Source: a virus (lineage: Duplodnaviria > Caudoviricetes). From it: a stretch of 46,522 nt of DNA. This document shows positions 9,827 through 17,861 of this stretch, in pieces. The notes beneath the pieces are model-generated. The model saw only the letters and a program-made list of their open reading frames with translations, was not told where the DNA came from and made no database searches. Position 1 is the first letter of the stretch. Each line of letters starts with the position of its first letter. A program made the position numbers and the translations under genes. The stretch is from positions 1-46,522 of IMG/VR virus record IMGVR_UViG_3300036833_000092; one strand, given 5' to 3'.

Positions 9827-10086
9827 CAGACTACATCTGCGCCGTCTGCTTCGCGCCGGTCAAGCGCGGAGTAGGAGGCCAGTTCTTTCACCCAGGTGGT
9901 ACCGTTGGTACCATCGCCAGGAAAGTACGCGAACAGGGAGCCAAAGACAGTGCCACGCAAGATTCAAGACGTCCAATTGCCGACATCCCACTCCCGCCCA
10001 TCGAGCCGCAGTTCGAGAAGCCGTCGGGTTCCGTCAGGTCAATCAAGCGGCGCGGGCTTGAAGGGCGGCGTGCCTCGTCGCGCTGA
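9823..10086 (+). CDS. Hypothetical protein (CxxC)
   Basis: GTGA overlap. Confidence 0.5.
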   Translation: MTDYICAVCFAPVKRGVGGQFFHPGGTVGTIARKVREQGAKDSATQDSRRPIADIPLPPIEPQFEKPSGSVRSIKRRGLEGRRASSR

Positions 10087-10399
10087 ATGCCCCAATCACA
10101 GTAACTGCGCCTTTACCGGCCGCGAGCCCGGACGCTGCCCGATCTGTCACTCGAACCATACCTTCGATGATCACCCGCTCTACCCGCCCGGCCGGGCACG
10201 GCCGTGCCTATGTACCCAGTGCGGAGAACTGTTCAGTGGACCGTCCGCGTTCGGCACGCACCAGGTGCTACGGCCAGAGGAACGCGGTGGCGGAGTCATC
10301 TGTCGCGATCCGGAACAGCGCGGCCTAGTCCTGGTCGACAAGAACGGATGGAACATGTGGGCAGCCCCTGGCGAGCGCCCGGAGGAAATCAATGCCTAA
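10070..10399 (+). CDS. Phage zinc-binding protein (FDXHR-like)
   Basis: CTQCGELFSGPSAFGTHQ...CRDP pattern. Confidence 0.6.
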   Translation: MPRRAECPNHSNCAFTGREPGRCPICHSNHTFDDHPLYPPGRARPCLCTQCGELFSGPSAFGTHQVLRPEERGGGVICRDPEQRGLVLVDKNGWNMWAAPGERPEEINA

Positions 10400-10766
10400 A
10401 AGAAAGGGACGCCAGCCCAAGTCTAGCGTATTCGATCCAGAGAAGGACGCGCAGCTAACTGCGGCCGCAAATCTGATAGGGCATACCGGCGCAGCGGAAT
10501 TCCAGATCAGGTACTGCGATGAGGAGAAGCCTACCATCTGGATAGCCGCTGCTCGCTGGGGAGACCAGTGGGAGTCTGCCGCCGCCATGGCTCCACTCCT
10601 TGCAGTGTTCCGGCTCTGCGACGAGGTCATCGACGGAGGCCAGTGTCAACATTGTCACCGGCCGACCGGCTTCCACCCAGACATCAACCCCATGCCGATG
10701 GACAAGATGATCTGCTGGTACCAGTGGGACCCAGAGCTAAAGACGTTCCGCAGAGGATGCGCATGA
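10392..10766 (+). CDS. Hypothetical protein (CxxC)
   Basis: GGAGG RBS. Confidence 0.6.
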   Translation: MPKRKGRQPKSSVFDPEKDAQLTAAANLIGHTGAAEFQIRYCDEEKPTIWIAAARWGDQWESAAAMAPLLAVFRLCDEVIDGGQCQHCHRPTGFHPDINPMPMDKMICWYQWDPELKTFRRGCA

Positions 10767-11053
10767 TGAATATAGTGCTAGTAGTAGACGGCCCGGCGCG
10801 AGGTACAGTGCGTGAAGTCGAAGGCCACAGGTTCACCGTGATAGATGTTCCACCGATACAAGTCAATCCGCCGCCGCCTATGGATACCATATCAATGAAT
10901 CAAGTGATGTATCATGTCCACAAGCTCTTTGTCTTGGGCCGTCTTATCCGTGTTGCTTCTGTTCAATCAATGGCGGAATGGATATCAGATGACGATGTTT
11001 TCGAGCATGTAGTCTCAGATAAGGCTAAAGATGCAGCCTATAGAGCCAACTAA
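10763..11053 (+). CDS. Hypothetical protein
   Basis: ATGA overlap; last gene of the block. Confidence 0.55.
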   Translation: MMNIVLVVDGPARGTVREVEGHRFTVIDVPPIQVNPPPPMDTISMNQVMYHVHKLFVLGRLIRVASVQSMAEWISDDDVFEHVVSDKAKDAAYRAN

Positions 11054-11117
11054 TAGGGCACCCTAATTCTCTCGCGCTCCCGGCGCGTCGCTCCTGGGAT
11101 AACGTGGACTAGCTAGG

Positions 11118-11123
11118 TAGAAT
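11118..11123 (+). promoter_or_regulatory. Putative -10 element (TAGAAT) for the recombinase gene
   Basis: TAGAAT about 35 nt upstream of the ATG; the same hexamer occurs at 37850 and 38653. Confidence 0.4.
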
Positions 11124-11158
11124 CCGGCTTATAGCTAGTTCTCTCAGGAGGATATACA

Positions 11159-11710
11159 ATGGGTGTAGACGTAGGCGTATGGTTCCGCGTCAGTGACGGC
11201 CGCAAGTCGGATGAGGCTAATCAGTACGCTGACGTAGACAGGTTCCTAGCGGCCCAGGGATACCGCGAGGTACTTTCGTATACCATCCAAGACTCAGCCT
11301 GGAAGGATGGAGGCGGTCCAGAGTACAAGGTCCTACTCAAAGAGGCCCTGGACGACGCCTGGCGCGGAGAGTTCAAAATCCTGGTAGTGTGGGCCCTCGA
11401 TCGCATCACACGTAACGGCGCGGAGGATGCCTTGCGTCTCATCCGCCAGTTCCGCGAGCGCGGATGTATCATCGTATCGGTGAAGGAGTCATGGCTCAAC
11501 ACGAGCCCAGAGATTCAGGATGTCCTGGTATCCTTCGCCGGCTGGATGGCCCAGCAAGAAAGCAAACGGCGTAGCGAACGCGTCAAGGCGGGCATCGCCA
11601 AGCGCAAGGCCCAGGGCTTGCCGGTCGGCCGTATGCCTGGGGCTAAGGACGTCAGGCCTCGCAGGCGTAGCGGTTATGTACGCTCATGGGAACAGCGCCG
11701 CGCCGGATAG
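11159..11710 (+). CDS. Small serine recombinase (resolvase/invertase family)
   Basis: WFRVS catalytic motif; LVVWALDRITR; helix E QQESKRRSERVKAG; AGGAGG RBS. Confidence 0.9.
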   Translation: MGVDVGVWFRVSDGRKSDEANQYADVDRFLAAQGYREVLSYTIQDSAWKDGGGPEYKVLLKEALDDAWRGEFKILVVWALDRITRNGAEDALRLIRQFRERGCIIVSVKESWLNTSPEIQDVLVSFAGWMAQQESKRRSERVKAGIAKRKAQGLPVGRMPGAKDVRPRRRSGYVRSWEQRRAG

Positions 11711-11715
11711 CATTA

Positions 11716-11799
11716 TACCGGGCCAGGGGTGACCAGTACTTAGGGCAGCCAGAGTCATTTTGACTCCGGAGGACTGCCCCGTGAGCCCCTGGCCCGGTA
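11716..11799. other. Long nested inverted repeat / structured element
   Basis: 14-bp perfect outer stem TACCGGGCCAGGGG/CCCCTGGCCCGGTA; inner stems GGGCAG/CTGCCC and GAGTCA/TGACTC. Confidence 0.6.
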
Positions 11800-12196
11800 G
11801 CCGTGCCTTAGCATACAGGGCGCCAACCCAGCACGGCAGTCGCCGATAGTAGCCTATCCGCTACGATCCGTCTACTGCATAGCCCTCAGGCGTCTCGCGA
11901 GCCGATTTGTACGTGTCGGGTATCGCCTAGGACGTCCTAACGGACGCGGGTCGGTAGGAAGACCTACCCGGCCGATATAGGCGCTCCCGTGCGCTACCCG
12001 TCACGCTCTCGGGCACGTCCCGTCGATCGCCCGCCGATAGCCGGGAGAGCCCTCCCCCGGCCTGGGACTTTACCCTTTGCAGTAGACGCGGCCGTGTTTC
12101 CGGCGTAGGGTCATCGGTACGCCGCCCGACATATAGCATGCTACCTATGCAGTACAGTGCCGTACAGTAGGGCGGACCTACAACTGAAGGGCAGTC

Positions 12197-12886
12197 ATGC
12201 CGCTATCAGCAGTGCTGGCCAAAGCCGTGCTAGCAGCCGCCGTCGTAGGCGGCACAGCAACAGGCGCGGTGAGTCAGTCGGGGAGTACATCGGGGGCGGC
12301 AGGAAGCGAGCTGGGGACAGCAGTAGCGCTCGCGGTACCAACGTACGCCGTACGGAGCGGTGACACGCTCTACAACATCGCAGCGCGCTTCTGCGGGAAC
12401 GGGAGCGACTACCCAGCATTGGCGAGAGCCAGCGGCATAGCCGACCCTAACATGATCGACGTTGGCAAGGTCATCGTCCTGAACTGCCACGGCTCTACCG
12501 TGGTCACGAACAACGGGACAGACGGAGACGGAGATCACGACGGTGACAACTCTGACGTGCAAGGCGGCAGTAGCCTCGCCGCCAACGGACAGGCCAACAT
12601 CCCCGGTACGTACCCGGACGTGTTCAGCTACTACGGCCTGGAGCAGCTCTGGCTCGCGGCCGGTGGCTCCTACGGTGAGCGCGGGGTCGCCGCGTGTATC
12701 GCAGAGCACGAGTCAGGCGGCAGGACCTGGGCGACCGGCGCGCACGGCGAGCGCGGCCTCTGGCAGATAGCGCCCGGCTGGGGCGCGCTGTCTACCTACT
12801 ACCCGGTAGGCAACGCCCACGCCGCGGTCATCATCTCGCACAACGGCTCCAACTGGGGAGCGTGGACCACCGCGGGTTCCTGCTAA
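12197..12886 (+). CDS. Secreted LysM plus lysozyme-like transglycosylase (Rpf/SLT-like) protein
   Basis: Signal-like N-terminus; LysM YAVRSGDTLYNIA...IADPNMIDVG; CIAEHESGG...GLWQI. Confidence 0.85.
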   Translation: MPLSAVLAKAVLAAAVVGGTATGAVSQSGSTSGAAGSELGTAVALAVPTYAVRSGDTLYNIAARFCGNGSDYPALARASGIADPNMIDVGKVIVLNCHGSTVVTNNGTDGDGDHDGDNSDVQGGSSLAANGQANIPGTYPDVFSYYGLEQLWLAAGGSYGERGVAACIAEHESGGRTWATGAHGERGLWQIAPGWGALSTYYPVGNAHAAVIISHNGSNWGAWTTAGSC

Positions 12887-12897
12887 CAGGAAGGCAA

Positions 12898-12938
12898 GAG
12901 GCCCGGCCGGGTTCTGGGCTATACACCGGCCGGGCCTC
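12898..12938. terminator. GC-rich hairpin, probable terminator between convergent units
   Basis: 13-bp stem GAGGCCCGGCCGG/CCGGCCGGGCCTC. Confidence 0.6.
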
Positions 12939-13143
12939 AGCGCGCTAGGCTACCTCTACTAGGGGCAGAGCACGTGGTGGCCCCGTTCGATCCACCCTTC
13001 CCATCTGCCGCCACCTCGCCAGCTTCATCAGCCACTGGCTCTGTACGTCGGTGCGGTTCCTAGCCTAGCGCTATCCCGACTATACCCTACGGACGGGCCG
13101 GAAGCTAATACCATATCCGGCTCGCTCATGTCCCCGCGATCCG

Positions 13144-13195
13144 CCGTACGAAAGAACGAATAAACGGATGCACTAGTTAGTTCGTTCTTTCGTAC
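13144..13195. repeat. Inverted pair of motif GTACGAAAGAACGAA
   Basis: 13146-13160 and its exact reverse complement at 13181-13195. Confidence 0.8.
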
Positions 13196-13208
13196 TCTGG
13201 ACCCCGGC

Positions 13209-13367
13209 CTAGTTGCGGTCCTCGACAGTCACGTCGCCGACCGTCACATTGACAGTAGAGCCGGAGTTGTCGGTGTAGCTGATCGTGCCGGCAGCGCGGA
13301 TGTCATCCGCGGCCCTGTAGGCCGTGTCGTCTGTGAACGGATGGAGCTTAATCGTGATGTCCTTCAT
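13209..13367 (-). CDS. Hypothetical protein
   Basis: Start MKDITIK overlaps the upstream stop. Confidence 0.5.
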   Translation of the reverse strand: MKDITIKLHPFTDDTAYRAADDIRAAGTISYTDNSGSTVNVTVGDVTVEDRN

Positions 13368-13561
13368 CTCTTGGGCGCCGATCCGGTCTCGGCCTCGTGC
13401 CGGCCCATGTGGGCGTCGTATCCGGCCTCCGCGACCAGGGCGTGGCACGTCGTGCACTCCTTGGCGTTCGCGTGTAGGTCTCCGCCGCCCTCTACGTCGA
13501 CCAGCGTGTACGTCGGCAGGTACGTGCCCTGGCGCGGAGTCTCTGGAACTGATGCTGTCAT
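13364..13561 (-). CDS. Small Zn-finger-like protein (CxxC...H)
   Basis: AAGGAGG RBS. Confidence 0.55.
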   Translation of the reverse strand: MTASVPETPRQGTYLPTYTLVDVEGGGDLHANAKECTTCHALVAEAGYDAHMGRHEAETGSAPKR

Positions 13562-13576
13562 GATTCCTCCTTGTTG

Positions 13577-14416
13577 TTATCGGGCCTGGCCACCCTTATT
13601 GGTGAAGACCCAGTTGCCCTCGTTGAACTTCTTGTGGTACGTGCAGACCTGGTTGGACGGGTTGACGTACGTGATGGTGACCCACCAGTCCTTGCTGATG
13701 GCGATGCCGACGCCGCTTTTGGCCCCAGACTGGCCGGAGTCGATCTGTCCCCAACTGTCCCATCCGGGCGGCCAGTAATAGACCGAGCCGTTCTCCCTGC
13801 CTAGGCACGCGAAGTGTGCGTTGCCTTCGGGGTCGTACGCTACTGCTGTTGTCACGTTTCCGTCCTCCTGCGGGACCGGCGGCTGAGTTGTACCGCCGTT
13901 TGCTATTCTGATGATCTCGTCCATGGGGAACCCGTTGCCGCAGTCGACGTGACCGCCGCCGCCAGCCCCAAAGTTCTTATGCTCGCAAAACCCCTTACTG
14001 TTCCCCTGGGCCTGCGAGCTGGTTAGCTGAACCCGAGGGATACCGAACTGACGGGACAGCTCTCCGGCTAGGCGTCCGGCACACTGGAGCATTGCGCCCT
14101 TGGACAGCCATGTGCTTCTTGACCATCCAGAGGCCGCGCCGCTCGGTGTACAGAATGCGATCGAGAGAGCATGCCCGTTGTAGTTGGCCTGCGCCCATGC
14201 CTTGTCAGAATCGCGAACGTACTGCATGCACCAGTTGTCGCCGTGCGACATGTCTACGGCGAAATGGTAGCTGACCTGACTGGACGGGTTGGACAGCCAG
14301 TTGTATAGCGATTCGGCTGTCTGCGATCCCTCTGTGGTATGGAACGCGATAACGCGCCGGTTGAGACCCCCAGAGCTGTAGTGAGGAGATGGTTTCCAGA
14401 CTCTAGTTACCGTCAT
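13577..14416 (-). CDS. Endolysin, N-acetylmuramoyl-L-alanine amidase
   Basis: FHTTEG, SYHF and EHKN...HVDCG Zn-amidase motifs; position after the tail genes. Confidence 0.88.
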   Translation of the reverse strand: MTVTRVWKPSPHYSSGGLNRRVIAFHTTEGSQTAESLYNWLSNPSSQVSYHFAVDMSHGDNWCMQYVRDSDKAWAQANYNGHALSIAFCTPSGAASGWSRSTWLSKGAMLQCAGRLAGELSRQFGIPRVQLTSSQAQGNSKGFCEHKNFGAGGGGHVDCGNGFPMDEIIRIANGGTTQPPVPQEDGNVTTAVAYDPEGNAHFACLGRENGSVYYWPPGWDSWGQIDSGQSGAKSGVGIAISKDWWVTITYVNPSNQVCTYHKKFNEGNWVFTNKGGQAR

Positions 14417-14585
14417 CTTCTGGACCTCCTTCGTGCTCTAGGTCGCCGTGCTGTTCGGACTCAGGAACGAGCGCGGCATCCGGCTCTACTCCCTCCAGAT
14501 CAACTTCCTCGTCTGCGGTATATGACTCTCCCATCCTGATCTTGCGACGCTTCCCGTGCTTCCTGATTCTGTCTCCTATTGGCAT
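14403..14585 (-). CDS. Small acidic hypothetical protein
   Basis: AAGGAGG RBS; lies in the lysis region. Confidence 0.45.
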   Translation of the reverse strand: MPIGDRIRKHGKRRKIRMGESYTADEEVDLEGVEPDAALVPESEQHGDLEHEGGPEDDGN

Positions 14586-14800
14586 AATTCCTCCTTGCCT
14601 GTCTCTTCAGGTTTGGTAGGCGGTGGTGGATAAGGTGGATACGGCGGGTATGGTGGATACGGCGGCCTCTGCTCAGTGTTGCCATTCCTCCTGACGGCCT
14701 GGAATGCTCCGTGCTGTCTAATGATATGGACGGCAAGGAACAGTAGAGCGGCGCCACCTATGGCCGTGTCTATAATGGCCCAGATAGCGCTTATACTCAT
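14576..14800 (-). CDS. Membrane protein, holin-like, with PPY repeats
   Basis: One TM helix; upstream of the endolysin. Confidence 0.5.
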   Translation of the reverse strand: MSISAIWAIIDTAIGGAALLFLAVHIIRQHGAFQAVRRNGNTEQRPPYPPYPPYPPYPPPPTKPEETGKEELCQ

Positions 14801-15642
14801 GACTGGATCAGGCCAGCCGAGTCGAGCGGGAACCTGTTGTTGAAGAACACATATAGGCCAGCCAATCCGGTAGGGAACTGCGAGAGCTGAATAAAGCCAG
14901 TCGTAAGGACCAGTGCGAACGGGGTACTTGTCAGGCTGGACGAACCATTGCCGTAAATTACTATGGGCATTCGCACGGTATGATTGGGCCGGTAACTAGG
15001 CGGCAGCGGATTGGCGAACACATTGGTTGCGGTGTACGGGGTGCCCATCTGCACGATACCGTATAGCTCGACCCAATCGCCATCCGATGACTTCCGGTAC
15101 TGTGGCGGGTACTCGCCGGATATAGAACCTGTCCAACCTGATGCGGCCGGGCGGAGGTCATGCCAGGCATCCGGGCTGAGCTGCCTCTCGTCCACTAGTG
15201 TGGAAAGACCGCCAGCCGACGTTGACAGCCAGTTAGAAACCGGGATGTCATATAGGCCGGTGTTCGTCTGGACAATAGGAGGTAGCACGGGACTACCCGA
15301 CGGAGTGCCGGTAATGACTACCGGCTGGATGTACGTAGGCGAGGTCGTGGCTCCGCGATTGAGTCGCACGACGAGCCGGTCGAGACGGTTCTGCGCAGAC
15401 GCGGCTGGAATGGGCGTAGACACCGGAGCATCACAGCGCCAGAACTGTCCCTTGATAGCGCAACGCCCGTCCGCTATGACAGCATTGCGTCCTGCCGAGT
15501 CGAGCGATGGCGCCATAGCGCTACCGCCACCAGCCGTCGAGTCGATACCGTCTTGACATCCCATCGCGGACATGAGCCCTTCCCACTCGCTGGTCAGCGT
15601 AAGCTGAGTGAACTGAGTAGGCCGCGAGTCGTACGTAACCAT
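14797..15642 (-). CDS. Minor tail protein
   Basis: RLDRLVVRL...GTPSGSPVLP motif typical of actinophage minor tail proteins; synteny. Confidence 0.75.
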   Translation of the reverse strand: MVTYDSRPTQFTQLTLTSEWEGLMSAMGCQDGIDSTAGGGSAMAPSLDSAGRNAVIADGRCAIKGQFWRCDAPVSTPIPAASAQNRLDRLVVRLNRGATTSPTYIQPVVITGTPSGSPVLPPIVQTNTGLYDIPVSNWLSTSAGGLSTLVDERQLSPDAWHDLRPAASGWTGSISGEYPPQYRKSSDGDWVELYGIVQMGTPYTATNVFANPLPPSYRPNHTVRMPIVIYGNGSSSLTSTPFALVLTTGFIQLSQFPTGLAGLYVFFNNRFPLDSAGLIQS

Positions 15643-16937
15643 AACTTTGTCGCCAGCTTTCTTTCGAGCTTCCTGAGCCTGGACAGCATAGAGCCAAGAA
15701 TCCTCTGGTCATTAGTAGTTGCGTTAGCCGAGTTGCCGATAGTAGGAACTGCACTCACCTGTGGGTCCTGAGATGGGTCGGCTGTCAGTGTTACCCCGCT
15801 CACCATATCTGTCCAGCTTGCCCCCGGCCGGACCTCGACCGTTACTATATCGCCAAGCCCGTAGTCCCGCCCATACGTCAGGAACGGCGTGTCAACCGCG
15901 GTAGCTGCTATGCTAGGTCCCGCCTGGCCGTCATTGACAGTAGTCTGTCCGGTAGTCTTCAGGACGTTGACATCAGTTTCCGTAGAGCTATCAACGAACG
16001 TCTCTATAATGTTCCAGGCTGTCTTACCCGTAGTTACGTTTGTGGTGAGGAAGTTTGTCCCACTCCCCTGTATCAGCGCGTCGGTACATGTCGGGTCGGT
16101 AATGTAAAACTGAACAGAAGCAAGATTGCCCAGGGCCTCGCTGAACCACGCCTTCTTGGACAAGTCACGAGGAATGTATACATCAAACGTCAGCCTGTTG
16201 GTCGACGGGTTCCTAGTCAGTGACATACCCATCTTGCTGCCTGACTGTCCTATAAGCGCCCGGCAGATGTCCATCAAATTGAGGTTGACGCCAGTACCAA
16301 ACTTAACTGTATATGATACGTTAGCCCCGCGTCCTAGGTCGGGTGCTATATCCATCTGTGAAATCCTCCGCGCGGCAATGGCGCTAGACCCCGCGTTACG
16401 CGACACATAGTGCTTAATGGCAGACTCTAGCGGCATGTTAGATACCGCGTCGGTAGCGGCCGCAGTCTGCGAGGCCCAGGCTACCGTCGGGTTAGGGTAC
16501 GCGATCCTGTTGGCAAGTAGCGCTAGGTAGTCCGCGCCGGTCAGCGTGACGAACGGCCCGCTGTGACCAGATATGGTCTGCCCGGTCGGGCTCCCCGGCA
16601 CTGAGTCTGAGTACCCAGGCTGTTCACATTTGCCGCCAAAGGTAAAGAGGCCACGCCAGTGAACCAGAACAAAGAAGTCGCCGGCCATAATCTGGTTCCA
16701 CAACGCATCAGAGTAAGGCACGGCCATCGTCCAGGAGCCTACGCTGTTATAGTATAGGTTAGCTGAGATACTCACGAATTGTAGCATGCCTCGGGCTAGC
16801 AGGTTCTGATCCAGGTACTCGACCCAGACCTGATCCTGAGAACCCGCGCTAGGGTATACAAATGGCTTAGCTGCCGCCAGAGCCCCGGTAGCCTGGACGA
16901 CTATCCGCGTCGTGCCGTTAACATCGTAAGTCGCCAT
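15594..16937 (-). CDS. Minor tail protein (ReqiPepy6 gp37-like / baseplate hub)
   Basis: YGRDYGLGDIVTV motif; second gene after the tape measure. Confidence 0.8.
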   Translation of the reverse strand: MATYDVNGTTRIVVQATGALAAAKPFVYPSAGSQDQVWVEYLDQNLLARGMLQFVSISANLYYNSVGSWTMAVPYSDALWNQIMAGDFFVLVHWRGLFTFGGKCEQPGYSDSVPGSPTGQTISGHSGPFVTLTGADYLALLANRIAYPNPTVAWASQTAAATDAVSNMPLESAIKHYVSRNAGSSAIAARRISQMDIAPDLGRGANVSYTVKFGTGVNLNLMDICRALIGQSGSKMGMSLTRNPSTNRLTFDVYIPRDLSKKAWFSEALGNLASVQFYITDPTCTDALIQGSGTNFLTTNVTTGKTAWNIIETFVDSSTETDVNVLKTTGQTTVNDGQAGPSIAATAVDTPFLTYGRDYGLGDIVTVEVRPGASWTDMVSGVTLTADPSQDPQVSAVPTIGNSANATTNDQRILGSMLSRLRKLERKLATKLWLRTTRGLLSSLSLR

Positions 16938-16955
16938 CTGTCACTTTGCCTTTTG

Positions 16956-17861
16956 TCACTTAGCCTTGTACCTGTTGACCCACTGAATATTGACATTCGT
17001 GTTGGCAGTCGCGCCTGACATGGAAATGGATACGTTATTAACTCCTACCATTAGAGGCCACAAGTCACTCGATGATCCCGAGCCAAGGACGAGCTGGTCC
17101 CATATGTTCACTGCGGTAGTAGAATTGACCACAGACTGGTACCCCGGCCGTGTCACTACTTGTACCACCTGGCCGGCCGGTATGGGAGCGTTCAGTGACC
17201 AGGTCCTGCCGGACTTGTTATTGGTCATAGTTGGCGTGCCAGGTCCGGTAAGTAGCCATACCGGATAAGCCTCAGCGGAGCCGGTGTTATTGATATTAAC
17301 ATTGCCAAAGATAGTAGGAGCGTTCAATGAAATCGGGAACAGCGGCAGGATGCCAGTCTGTGTCCCTATAGTGAAATTGAACGACTGAGTATTAACATCC
17401 TGCCAGAACGGGTCCGGCGTCTGGAATGTCAAAGTAAACAACATACTGTGGAGACCGACCTCGGGGGTGTCTAGCCCAGAGGTAGTGAATATTGCTATCC
17501 TTCTGATCGAGCCGTCCGGCCTCTGAATCTGAAGCCAGCCGAGAGACGGCTGCTCATTTCTCCGCATATAGAACGCATGGATAAATCTATCTATCAGGGC
17601 ATAGTATGCGTTCTCATTATTGCCCGGCCATGTTAGCAGTACCGCCATCACTATATTACCAGGCTGCGGAATGTATATGTTAGGTATCGACGTGCCGTCA
17701 AGCAACGGTATAGTCTGCATCGAAACAGGGAATCCCTCTATGCCGACGATGGAGGAACATACGTACCCGTTGGACAGGCTATAGTCCGATAGGTACCAGT
17801 AGCCTCCATCTGGCTCCAGGTAACTTATCTGTAGCGGCGTAGGCGGCGCAGGGAATGACAT
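16956..17861 (-). CDS. Distal tail (Dit-like) protein
   Basis: PDPFW, NTGSAEAYPVW and LWPLMVGVN; first gene after the tape measure. Confidence 0.8.
   Translation of the reverse strand: MSFPAPPTPLQISYLEPDGGYWYLSDYSLSNGYVCSSIVGIEGFPVSMQTIPLLDGTSIPNIYIPQPGNIVMAVLLTWPGNNENAYYALIDRFIHAFYMRRNEQPSLGWLQIQRPDGSIRRIAIFTTSGLDTPEVGLHSMLFTLTFQTPDPFWQDVNTQSFNFTIGTQTGILPLFPISLNAPTIFGNVNINNTGSAEAYPVWLLTGPGTPTMTNNKSGRTWSLNAPIPAGQVVQVVTRPGYQSVVNSTTAVNIWDQLVLGSGSSSDLWPLMVGVNNVSISMSGATANTNVNIQWVNRYKAK

Noticed and set aside
11800-12196. c-di-AMP (ydaO) riboswitch upstream of the Rpf-like gene
   Set aside because: The expected conserved segments (GCCGAATCC, GTCAGCTAAC) were not seen
12970-13060. Hammerhead ribozyme (CTGATGA on minus strand)
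   Set aside because: No correctly placed GAAA core or supporting stems
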